From contig CM082577.2 of assembly GCA_040954595.2 (NCBI GenBank), positions 15,755,903-15,819,902 on the forward strand: a DNA stretch of 64,000 bases, given 5' to 3'. The first letter of the stretch is position 1. Each line of letters begins with the position of its first letter. Origin of the DNA: Balanoglossus misakiensis. Taxonomy: Eukaryota; Animalia; Hemichordata. Position numbers and translations under genes: made by a program. Positions 1 to 12,600 of the stretch are shown piece after piece. The notes below the pieces were generated by a model. The model was given only the letters and a program-made list of their open reading frames with translations, was not told the origin of the DNA and searched no databases.

Positions 1-1661
1 GAGGTCTGGTTTTTGTTGGACATGGACCACTATGGGTCAAAATTTTCTGCCCAAATTGTGGGTGACCTCTGGGTGACCTTTGACCTACTTAACACTATAT
101 CAGCACCAAACATAGTTATAACCTTGATATTTCATGGGATAAACACAGCATTATGTTTCTTCTCATTAATTATGTGCATATCTAATATCAGATCAGATAA
201 TAGAGCTTGGGCCCGGACAATGCTGCTTGCAGCTTTAATCTTTCTTTCTTTTTTCTTGTGTCAATTTCTTCGGCCAACGAGATCTCTGAAACTACTGCAG
301 GTACACTTCTCAAACTTGATACAGTGGTCAAGGTCAATGAGTAGATGTGCAGTGACTTGTGAATAAGTAATTAGTCACGTGACCTGGCGGCCATATTGGA
401 TTTTCTGAAAAAATTCAAATCTCAGATCTCAGAAACTACAAGTCAGATCGACTTCAAATTTGGCATGCAGGTAGACTACCTTCTACCCATCATTTTTGTA
501 ATTGGAAATTTTGCTGTCAATGTTGCAGTTTTTTTGCTACAATTTTTTTTCTGAAATCTGGCTTAAATTTCAAAAATCTTCTTCTCCAGAACCAGTGATA
601 ACCGAGACACGGGGTTTGGGGTATGTGGTCACCTAACTGATGTCTATCAAGTTTGCGAAGATCATTGTGATTGGTCGAAGATTATGGCGGCCATATTGGA
701 TTTTAGAAAAACCATTGTTAAACTCCAAAAATCTTCCTCTCCAGAACGGGCGATGACTGAGTCGCAAGATTCGGGGAGTATGGTCACTACACTGATGTCT
801 ATCAAGTTTGCAAAGAGCATTGTGATTGGTCGAAGATTATGGCGGCCATATTGGATTTTGTAAAAAGCAGTGAAAAATTGAAATTCCTTTTTCTAGTCTA
901 AAAATTGATAGCATACAAATTCTTTTTATGGATATCAATCGTCATGTGACTAAAATATGTTACAATTTTTTGGCGATTTTTCACATGACCTTTGACCTAC
1001 TTATCACGCGTTATTATTTCTGCATATCTAATTCCAGGCTAACCTATAGGGCTAGACGTTTGGTTTTTGATGAATGTGGATTAGTGTGTGATCAAAATAT
1101 TTTGCTACTTTTCATGACCCCTTTGACCTCTGCTGACCTCATTAATTATGTGCATAGCTAATTACAGGCGAACCAATAGAGCTAGAGGTTTGGTTTTTGT
1201 TGGACACAGACCAGTATGGGATCAAAATGTTTTGCCCAAATGTTGCGTGACCTCTGGTGACCTTTGACCTACTTTCGCATATCTCAGCATCCAGAGCAGA
1301 TACAGCCATGGCATTTGGTAGGATGGGACCAAAATGTAAAGCCACATTTTTGGGTCACCTGTGACACCTGCTGACCTCATTAAATATGCACATACCTAAT
1401 TACAGGCGAACCAATAGAGCTAGAGTTTTGGTTTTTGTTGGACATGGACCAGTATGGGTCAAAAAAAAATTGCCCAAATGTTGGGTGACCTCAGGTGACC
1501 TTTGACCTACTTCACCCTATTTAAGCAGCAAAAATACACACGTCCTTGATATGTCATGAGATAATACATCCGATAGAAAATTCTGTTTCTTCTCATTCAT
1601 ACTGTGCATATATAATTCGAGATCAGCGCTTGGGCCCGACAATGCTGCTCGCAGCTTTAAT

Positions 1662-3148
1662 TACGGGCCCAAGCCAAGCCAGGCTTGGGCCCGTATTGGT
1701 TTCGTTGGGGTTTTTCTTTCTTTATTCTTGGCTCACTTCTTTGTCGCTCTAGATCTCAGACACCACTGCAGGTACAGTTCTCAAACTTGCTACAGTGGTC
1801 AAGGTCAATGAGTAGTAGTGCATTGAACCCATGAATTTTTAATTAGTCACATGACCTGGCGGCCATCTTGGATTTTCTGAAAAAATGCAAATCTCAGATC
1901 TCAGAAACTACAAGTCAGATCGACTTCAAATTTGGCGTGCAGGTAGACTACCTTCTGGCAATCATTTTTGTAATTGGAAATTATGCTGTCAATGTTGCAG
2001 TTTTTTTGCTACAATTTTTTTTCTGAAATCTGGCTTAAATTTCAAAAATCTTCTTCTCCAGAACCGGTGATAACCGAGACACGGGGTTTGGGGTATGTGG
2101 TCACCTAACTGATGTCTATCAAGTTTGCGAAGATCATTGTGATTGGTCGAAGATTATGGCGGCCATATTGGATTTTCGAAAAACCCTAGTAAAATTTCAA
2201 AAATCTTCTTCTCGAGAACCGGCGATAACCGAGTCACAAGATTTGGTGTGTGTGGTCATTCAACAGATGTCTATCAAGTTTGCGAAGAGGAATGTGATTG
2301 GTCGAAGATTATGGCGGCCATATTGGATTTTGTGAAAAACGATTAAAAAGTAAAAATTCCCTTTCTAGCCTAAAAATTGATAGCGCAGAAATTCTTTTTA
2401 TGGATATGAATCATCATATAACAAGAATAAGCTATAAATATTTTGGTAATTTTGGCAATGACCTTTGACCTATTTTTGACGCATCAATTTTCTGCATATC
2501 TAATTCCAGGCTAATCAATAGGGCTATAAGTTTGGTTTTTGATGTATGTGGATTTGTGTGTGATCAAAAAATGTTGCTACTTTTCATGACCCATTTTATG
2601 GTCACCTGTGACACCTGCTGACCTCATTAAATATGCACATACCTAATTACAGATGAACCAATAGACCTAGAGATTTTGTTTTGGTTATACATGGACCAGT
2701 ATGGGGTCAAAATATTTTGCCCAAATGTTGGGTGACCTCGGATGACCTTTGACCTACTTTGGCATATCTTGACATCCACAGCAGATACAGCCTTGGCGTT
2801 TGGAGGTATAGGGCCATAATGAAAAGCCAAAGTTTTGGGTCACCTGTGACACCTGCTTAACTCATTATTTATGTGCATACCTAATTCCGGGCTAACCAAA
2901 AGGGCTAGAGATCTGGTTTTTGTTGGACATGGACCACTATGGGTCAAAATATTCTGCCCAAATTTTGGGTGACCTCTGGGTGACCTTTGACCTACTTAAC
3001 ACTATGTCAACACCAAACCTAGATATAACCTTGATATTTCATGGGATAAAACACAGCATTATGTTTCTACTCATTAATAATGTGCATAACTAATAATCAG
3101 ATCAGATAATAGAGCTTGGGCCCGGACAATGCTGCTTGCAGCTTTAAT
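1662..3148 (+). mobile_element. Only array unit with both termini (complete HINE-like element)
   Basis: Left end TACGGGCCCAAGCC-AAGCCA-GGCTTGGGCCCGTA hairpin (1662-1695) then microsatellite; the right subTIR GCTTGGGCCC is the inverse of the left GGGCCCAAGC. Confidence 0.75.
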
Positions 3149-5548
3149 TCTGTCTTTCTTTCTTCTTTCTTTATTCTTCTGTCAATTCTTTGTCGCTCTA
3201 GATCTCAGACACCACTGCAGGTACAGTTCTCAAACTTGCTACAGTGGTCAAGGTCAATGAGGAGTCGTGCATTGAACCCATGAATTTTTAATTAGTCACA
3301 TGACCTGGTGGCCATCTTGGATTTTCTGAAAAAATGCAAATCTCAGATCTCAGAAACTACAAGTCAGATCGACTTCAAATTTGGCGTGCAGGTAGACTAC
3401 CTTCTGTCAAACATTTTTGTAATTGGAAATTATGCTGTCAATGTTGCAGTTTTTTTGCTACAATTTTTTTACTGAAATCTGGCTTAAATTTCAAAAATCT
3501 TCTTCTCCAGAACCGGTGATAACCGAGACACGGGGTTTGGGGTATGTGGTCACCTAACTGATGTCTATCAAGTTTGCGAAGATCATTGTGATTGGTCGAA
3601 GATTATGGCGGCCATATTGGATTTTCGAAAAACCCTAGTAAAATTTCAAAAATCTTCTTCTCAAGAACCGGCGATAACCGAGTCACAAGATTTTGTGTGT
3701 GTGGTCATTCAACAGATGTCTATCAAGTTTGCGAAGAGGAATGTGATTGGTCGAAGATTATGGCGGCCATATTGGATTTTGTGAAAAATGATTAAAAAGT
3801 AAAAATTCCCTTTCTAGCCTAAAAATTGATAGCACAGAAATTCTTTTTATGGATATGAATCATCATATGACAAGAATAAGCTATAAATATTTTGGTAATT
3901 TTGGCAATGACCTTTGACCTACTTTTGACGAATCATTTTTCTGCATATCTAATTCCAGGCTAACCAATAGGGCTATAAGTTTGTTTTTTGATGTATGTGG
4001 ATTTGTATGTGATCAAAAAATTTTGCTACTTTTCATGACCCCTTTGACCTCTGGTGACCTCATTAAATATGCGCTTACCTAATTAATGATGAACCAATAG
4101 ACCTAGAGGTTTTGTTTTTGTTATACATGGACCAGTATGGGGTCAAAATATTTTGCCCAAATGTTGGGTGACCTCGGGTGACCTTTGACCTACTTTTGCA
4201 TATCTCGACATCCACAGCAGATACAGCCTTGGTGTTTGGAGGTATGGGGCCATAATGAAAAGCCAAAGTTTTGGGTCACCTGTGACACCTGCTTAACTCA
4301 TTATTTATGTGCATACCTAATTCCGGGCTAACCAAAAGGGCTAGAGGTCTGGTTTTTGTTGGACATGGACGACTATGGGTCAAAATTTTCTACCAAAATT
4401 ATGGGTGACCTCTGGGTGACCTTTGACCTACTTAACACTATATCAACACCAAACATAGATATAACCTTGATATTTCATGGAATAAAACACAGCATTATGT
4501 TTCTACTCATTAATTATATGCATATCTAATAATCAGATCAGATAATAGAGCTTGGGCCCGGACAATGCTGCTTGCAGCTTTAATTTATTCTTGGTTCCAT
4601 TTTTCGGCCACCTAAATCTCAAAAACTGCAGCACCAACCAGGCTGAAACTTGGTAGGCAGATAGGGGCCAATGAGTAGATGTGCAGTGGCTCGTGAATAT
4701 TTAATTAGTCACGTGACCTGGCGGCCATATTGGATTTTCTGAAAAAATGCAAATCTCAGATCTCAGAAACTACAAGTCAGATTGACCTCAAATTTAGTGT
4801 GCAGCTAGTATACCTTATGCCCATCATTTTTGTAATTGGATATTATGCTGTCAATGTTGCAGTTTTTTTGCTACAGTTGTTTTTCTGAAATCTGGTCAAA
4901 TTTTCAAAAATCTTCTTCTCCAGAACCGGCGATAACCGAGTCACGCCATTTTAGTCAGGTGGAGATTTGAGAAATTGTGACCCCCTCTGGCATTTTTTGG
5001 TACAAGCAAACCAAATATGTTTTTTGGTCAATTCGACTACGCTGATTTCGAAAATGCCTGTTCCCAAAAGATCTTTTTGAGATAAGAGCCTCGTTTTGGC
5101 AAATCAAATATGGCCGCCAAGGATCGCAATTCTCACATGAATAGCATCAAAGAAATGTTCACGTACCTCCTTAAACAATGAAAATAAACTACATGTTTAC
5201 ATCAACAACTTTTTTGGTTGTATAAACACAAAATAGCAATAATAAAACAATAATTATGCACAAATTTGCATATTGTATGAATAATTCGTTGATTTTTGGC
5301 TACCAAATAATAATAAAGCTAGGTGTAACAGTACATGTACTGAAAACTCACAACCATTGGAAAAAATTACCTTTTCTTTATTTTAATAAAGGACTTAAAC
5401 CTTGTTCAAAACAATACTTCAAGTGTGAAGTTCATTTTGAGATAAGAGCCTCGATGTGGCAATTCAATATGGCCGTCTAAAGCCCTGTAGTGGAGCGGCC
5501 AAACCCTAATTTTCATAGCGATTGTGCATTTTGTGATAAAAGCACCAA

Positions 5549-7711
5549 ACTTGGCTCAGATGTGTGTTAATGTGTACTAAACAAATTCAGATAGCGAGCC
5601 ACTAAATATCTGTTGATGAGTTTCCATGGCAACCAATTTTTCAAAATGGCCACCAATACAGATAATTTCACCCACCAAATAACATCTGTGAACACCAAAA
5701 TAAATTTAGATTTCTATATTTGATACAAGGAACTGTGGAAACAATGATTTTCAAAGATATTATGGTTACTAAACTACTTATTATAGGGGTAAGTAAGTTA
5801 TTAAAACACAATTTAACGGCGCAACTTTTAATCCCTTTGTTCTCGGATTAATAGGTGCTCCTCTAGAAATCAAACCATACTGTCTATGGTCAAACATTAG
5901 GCTAATTGCGATATTTAACTTGCAGTACGTAAATTACACATATGAATCACAACAGTTTACCACCTTAGCTAATGATAATCATATAAACAGATCACCGATA
6001 TATCAGATTTGCACACGGATGTGGGCTTGGCTTACTCGTGACTGGTAAAATTTCCTTATCAACTTGATAGGAGAGTCTACTGCCCGAAATAGACGTTGAT
6101 CCAAACTGAGTCCGCGGTCGTCACGTTTATTGGTCGACAGATATACACATAGGGCCTCAAACGCAATGCAATCTAAATGGACCCCGGGTAACGAACCATG
6201 CGAAAATGTCGGCTTTGTTTCGACCACAATCGCGACCGCAGCGTTGACAACGTTTTTTCGGGGCGTTGATGTTTGTCAAAATGCCATAGGAAATTTAAGA
6301 AACTTAAGTCGAATTGCTGAAACGTTAATAATCGACCATATGTCTTGATACTTTAGATCATGTATCAGTTCCACTCCAGCAATTTTGTCGACTGTTAACT
6401 GAGTTGACCAAAAAATAAATGGTGTCTATGATTCCAAACTCATAAAAATTACAGCGGAGGACACAACATTATTTTATTTGTCGAGAATAGTGTCCATCAT
6501 GCCATAAATATTGTCAAAAATGTGTGTTAATTATAGAAACCCAACTAAATATACAAGCAGTTGGCCTTTAGATTGGTAAATGGAAAAACAGGTCTTATTG
6601 CAATTTTCTGGGATTAGGTGGCCCAATGCTCCCAACAAGTCACTTGGAATGTACTTCCATTCTAATATCTCAATGTGTAATCTGACTTTGCAAGAGATAT
6701 TACGGAAAACTTCATTTCATTTAATAGCATGAAGTAAGCGAAATCTTACTCTTTACAGAAAAGCTGTGATCCTGAAGACTTTTGGTGTTTTGAAGCTTAT
6801 TTTCACTTTATCATTTTATTCTTTGATTTTGGGGGTTCAAAAATACACAAAATAACATGTCAAAATAGAACTGCTGACTATCATCAAGGTGCGATTAAAA
6901 TTATCGATAACTTGAGCAATACAAAGCACTTCAAGCGACTTCATCAAAACGCTTTCCGAAGGACAAGTATTAGATGAAAAGTTTGAAACAGATTTTGATT
7001 TGGATTCCTAACATCTATCTATGTACATGCAACCTAGACATAGTTAGTTTCTATAGTAACTTTAACAAACCAATCGACTGTCATGATACTGGATTTCTGC
7101 CACCATTTTATGGGGAAGTGATTCTTTATTTGCATGAATCATTTGATGAAGATAAAATAGAAAAGCTAGATTCTGCACTGATTCAAACTGGTCAGATCAA
7201 TTTATAAGGTTGAGAAACAAGATGCCGTTTTTCCTGGGTTGACTAAATTTGGAATTTTGTTCATCAAAGATATTTTTATGGGGAAAAGAACGAATCAACT
7301 GAGCTTTACTTGTTAAACTTTTATCACAAAATGCCCAAATGTTATGAAAATTTTGTTTATGCCAGGCCACTATTATAATATATCTATGGTTATACAGTGT
7401 TTTAACTAAGTTTGTTGTAACCGGTGTTATTACCAAACTTGAATTTCTTTAGCGACTGAATCTCGATCCTGTATTTACCCCTATAACTAGTTTAGTGATG
7501 ATAAATATTTTGAAAATTACTCTTTGAGCAGTTTCTTGTTTCAAATATTGTAATATGAATTTATTTTGGTGTTTTATAATTGGTATTTTGTGGGTGAGAT
7601 TATCTGTATTGGCGGCCATTTTGAAAAAATTGCCATGGAAACTCATCAACAGATATTGTGGCTCGCTATCTGAATTTGTTTAGTACACATTAACGCACAT
7701 CTGAGCCAAGT
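5549..7711. repeat. Internal ~240 bp inverted repeat pair (5549-5792 / 7475-7711)
   Basis: ACTTGGCTCAGATGTGTGTTAATGTGTACTAAACAAATTCAGATAGCGAGCCAC... is the reverse complement of ...GTGGCTCGCTATCTGAATTTGTTTAGTACACATTAACGCACATCTGAGCCAAGT. Confidence 0.85.
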
Positions 7712-8543
7712 ACGTCACCCAAGTGGATTAAACATACATGTATATATGTTGCCTCACTGACACAATCTTCACTTTGCACACAGTATCATATATAAAACCG
7801 TAATAAAAATACACATTACTCTTTACTTATGAAGAGAAATTGTTGTTAGAGACCGGGTTTCAAAAAAACACCGAGGACGTCGGGCCATCAGTGTGCATTC
7901 AACGTCTTATAACTAAGCATGAATATATGGTGCTGGCATAATGTGAGTGTGGCCATACGGTGCTTTCGAGTATTAATGAACAACTTGTACGTTAACAAAT
8001 GTCAGTTTTGTTGGCAAAAAGTATGTTTTTGGCTTTTCACAACATTGAACATACATTCATAGTTCAATAACTTGTGAATTGTGGACCTAAACGTTCATAC
8101 GTTCAATGTTCTGGTGTTTTTTAACGGAGCGGTCGGTCACGATGTTACCAGCGAGCATGTACAGTCTAAACTAAATCCTCGTTGTGTATGTTTATTTGTT
8201 TGTTTGTTTGTTAGTTTGTTTGATTTTGTTGTTTTTTACATGCTATTACATACAAATATGAAAAGTTTCATTTCAGTTATTCATTAAAATGCAAACATTT
8301 GTCAAAAAACATATGAATAGACACCTGACAGGCCAAAGTCGTATCTTTAGCTTTCAGTTGTCAATTTTAGCATGACATCATGACTAATTAAGCTAATTTT
8401 GCATATTTTCCATGCTGCACCTTGTCTGACAAGGTAAACGATTGCATATTTGAATTCCTTGACCCTGAAAACATTGGAATAGACACCTCACTTAACACCG
8501 TTGGCTCTCTTTTGTAGACCCATTGATTATAGATGGGCGTGTC

Positions 8544-9611
8544 ACCTAATTAACATAAATTAACATTTTTACCAATTCACCAAATGTTTCTAAATTAAAC
8601 AAATTGTTTAAAAATATTTAAATGAATATAAGAATATGATTTCAATAGACTATTATGGTGTTGACCTGTGATATTGCACCATAATGGCTACAAACAGCGT
8701 TTTCTTTTAGGTATTTTGAAATTATGACGTCACAAATTAATTTGCCATTTTCGACATGAAAACGTGAAAAGAATTTTTGGGAACAGGCAAATTCGAAATC
8801 AGCGTATTCGAAATATCCAAAAACAACTTGTTCCCAGCTTGTACCAAAAAAATGAATGACATGCTTTTAAAATGCTCATTTTCTGAAATTTCCACCTGGA
8901 CCTAATTAACATAAATTAGCATTTTACCAATTCACAAAATGTTTCTAAATTAAAAAAATTGTTTAAAAATATTTAAATGAATATAAGAATATGATTTCAA
9001 TAGACTATTATGGTGTTGACCTGTGATATTGCACCATAATGGCTACAAACAGCGTTTTCTTTTAGGTATTTTGAAATTATGACGTCACAAATTAATTTGC
9101 CATTTTTGACATGAAAACGTGAAAAGAATTTTTGGGAACAGGCAAATTCGAAATCAGCGTATTCGAAATATCCAAAAACAACTTGTTCCCAGCTTGTACC
9201 AAAAAAATGAATGACATGCTTTTAAAATGCTCATTTTCTGAAATTTCCACCTGGACCTAATTAACATAAATTAGCATTTTACCAATTCACAAAATGTTTC
9301 TAAATTAAAAAAATTGTTTAAAAATATTTAAATGAATATAAGAATATGATTTCAATAGACTATTATGGTGTTGACCTGTGATATTGCACCATAATGGCTA
9401 CAAACAGCGTTTTCTTTTAGGTATTTTGAAATTATGACGTCACAAATTAATTTGCCATTTTCGACATGAAAACGTGAAAAGAATTTTTGGGAACAGGCAA
9501 ATTCGAAATCAGCGTATTCGAAATATCCAAAAACAACTTGTTCCCAGCTTGTACCAAAAAATGCCTGACATGCTTTTAAAATGCTCATTTTCTGAAATTT
9601 CCACCTGACTA
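8544..9611 (+). repeat. Three near-identical tandem copies of a ~355 bp unit containing the right TIR
   Basis: ACCTAATTAACATAAATT starts at 8544, 8900 and 9255; each unit ends TTTCTGAAATTTCCACCTG. Confidence 0.95.
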
Positions 9612-12600
9612 TTTGGGGTATGTGGTCACCTAACTGATGTCTATCAAGTTTGCAAAGATCATTGTGATTGGTCGAAGATTATGGCGGCCATATTGGATTT
9701 TCGAAAAACCATAGTAAAACTTCAAAAATCTTCTTCTCCAGAACGGGCGATAACCGAGTCACAAGATTTGGTGTGTGTGGTCATTAAACAGATGTCTATC
9801 AAGTTTGCGAAGGGGAATGTGATTGGTCGAAGATTATGGCGGCCATATTGGATTTTGTGAAAATCGATTAAAAAGTAAAAATTCCCTTTCTAGCCTAAAC
9901 ATTGATAGCACAGAAATTCTTTTTATGGATATGAATCATCATATGACAACAATTAGCTATAAATATTTTGCTAATTTTGGCAATGACCTTTGACCTACTT
10001 TTGACGTATCATTTTTCTGCATATCTAATTCCAGGCTAACCAATAGGGCTATAAGTTTGGTTTTTGATGTATGTGGATTTGTATGTGATCATAAAATTTT
10101 GCTACTTTTCATGACCCCTTTGACCTCTGCTGACCTCATTAAATATGCACATACCTAATTAATGATGAACAAATAGACCTAGAGGTTTGGTTTTTGTTAT
10201 ACATGGACCAGTATGGGGTCAAAATATTTTGCCCAAATGTTGGGTGACCTCGGATGACCTTTGACCTACTTTTGCATATCTCGACATCCACAGCAGATAC
10301 AGCCTTGGCGTTTGGAGGTATGGGGCCATAATGAAAAGCCAAAGTTTTGGGTCATCTGTGACACCTGCTTTACTCATTATTTATGTGCATACCTAATTCC
10401 GGGCTAACCAAAATGGCTAGAGGTCTGGTTTTTGTTGGGACATGGACCACAATGGGTCAAAATTTTCTGCCCAAATTTTGGATGACCTCAGATGACCTTT
10501 GACCTACTTTTGCATATCTCAGCATCCAAAGCAGGTACAGCCTTGGCATTTGGCGGTATGGGGCCATAATGAAAAGCCAAAGTTTTGGGTCACCTGTGAC
10601 ACCTGCTTTACTCATTATTTATGTGCATACCTAATTCCGGGCTAACCAAAAGGGCTAGAGGTCTGGTTTTTGTTGGACATGGACCACTATGGGTCAAAAT
10701 TTTCTGCCCAAATTTTGGATGACCTCTGGGTGACTTTTGACCTACTTAACACTATATCAACACCAAACATAGATATAACCTTGATATTTCATGGGATAAA
10801 ACACAGCATTATGTTTCTACTCATTAATTATGTGCATATCTAATAATCAGATCAGATAATAGAGCTTGGGCCCGGACAATGCTGCTTGCAGCTTTAATTC
10901 TTTCTTTATTCTTATGTCAATCTTTGCTCTCCTAGATCTCTGAAACGGCTACAGGTACACTTCTCAAACTTGCTACAGTGGTCAAGGTCAATGAGTAGAT
11001 GTGCAGTGGCTTGTGAATATTTAATTAGTCACGTGACCTGGCGGCCATATTGGATTTTCTGAAAATCTTTAAATGGCTTCTTCTCAAAAACCACAGGGCC
11101 AATCAAGTTCAAATTTGGTGTATGGTACACATGTCCTCTGCCCTTCAAAGTTTGACAATAAAATCCTGAGCGGTCACGTGACTTTGGCCGCCATATTGGA
11201 TTTTCGAAAAAGTACAGTAAAATCTTCAAAAATCTTCTTCTCCAGAACCGGCAATAACCGAGTCATGGGATTTAGGGTATGACATCACCTAACTGATGTC
11301 TATCAAGTTTGCGAAGAGCGTTGTGATTGGTCGAAGATTATGGCGGCCATATTGGATTTTGTAAAAACCAGCGAAAATTAAGAAATCATTTTTCTAGTCT
11401 AAAAATAGATAGCATACAAATTTTTTTTATGGATATGAGTCGTGATATGACTAGAATATGTTGCAAATATTTTGGAAATTTTCACATGACCTTTGACCTA
11501 CTTTTTTTAAGAACCTGCATATATGCATATATAGCTCATACTACGTGTTCTAAATGTACCAAAGTTCTGATTTTTGTGCACATTGGTATCATCCCTGCCA
11601 GGACCTACCCCAAATATTTTGGTAATTTTGGCAATGACCTTTGACCTACTTTTGACACATCGTTTTTTTCTGCATATCTAATTCCAGGTTAACCTATAGG
11701 GCTATGATTTTGGTTTTTGATGTATGTGGATTTGTATGTGATCAAAAAATTTCGCTACTTATCATGACCCCTTTGACCTCTGCTGACCTCATTAAATATG
11801 CGCATACCTAATTACAGATGAACCAATAGACCTAGATGTTTGGTTTCTGTTGGACATGAACCAGTATTGGGTCAAATTTTTTTGCCCAAATGTTGGGTGA
11901 CCTCGGATGACCTTTGACCTACTTTTGCATATCTCGACATCCACAGCAGATACAGCCTTGGCGTTTGGAGGTATGGGGCCATAATGAAAAGCCAAAGTTT
12001 TGGGTCACCTGTGACACCTGCTTAACTCATTATTTATGTGCATACCTAATTTCGGGCTAACCAAAAGGGCTAGAGATCTGGATTTTGTTGGACATGGACC
12101 ACTATGGGTCAAAATTTTCTGCCCAAATTGTGGGTGACCTCTGGGTGACCTTTGACCTACTTAACACTATATCAACACCAAACATAGATATAACCTTGAT
12201 ATTTCATGGGATAAAACAGCATTATGTTCCTACTCATTAATTATGTGCATATCTAATAATCAGATCAGATAATAGAGCTTGGGCCCGGACAATGCTGCTT
12301 GCAGCTTTAATTCTTTCTTGCTTTCTTTCTTTCTTTCTTTATTCTTGTGTCAATTCTTCGGCCAACTAAATCTCTGAAACTACTGCAGGTACACTGTTCA
12401 AACTTGCTACAGTGGTCAAGGTCTATGAGTAGATGTGCAGTGACTTGTGAATACTTAATTAGTCACGTGACCTGGCGGCCATATTGGATTTTCTGAAAAA
12501 ATTCAAATCTCAGATCTCAGAAACTACAAGTCAGATCGACTTCAAATTTGGCATGCAGGTAGACTACTTTCTACCCATCATTTCTGTAATTGGAAATTTT

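Larger units (their letters stand above)
4952..9611. mobile_element. Non-autonomous TIR DNA transposon (TAG...CTA ends, 3-bp TSD; Academ-like) inserted in array unit 4585-10898
   Basis: Left TAGTCAGGTGGAGATTTGAGAAA vs right reverse complement TAGTCAGGTGGAAATTTCAGAAA; imperfect inverted similarity extends ~130 bp. TTT at 4949-4951 and 9612-9614. Removing it restores the array unit (ACCGAGTCACGCCATTT|GGGGTATGTGGTCACC). Superfamily is inferred from the ends only. Confidence 0.7.
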
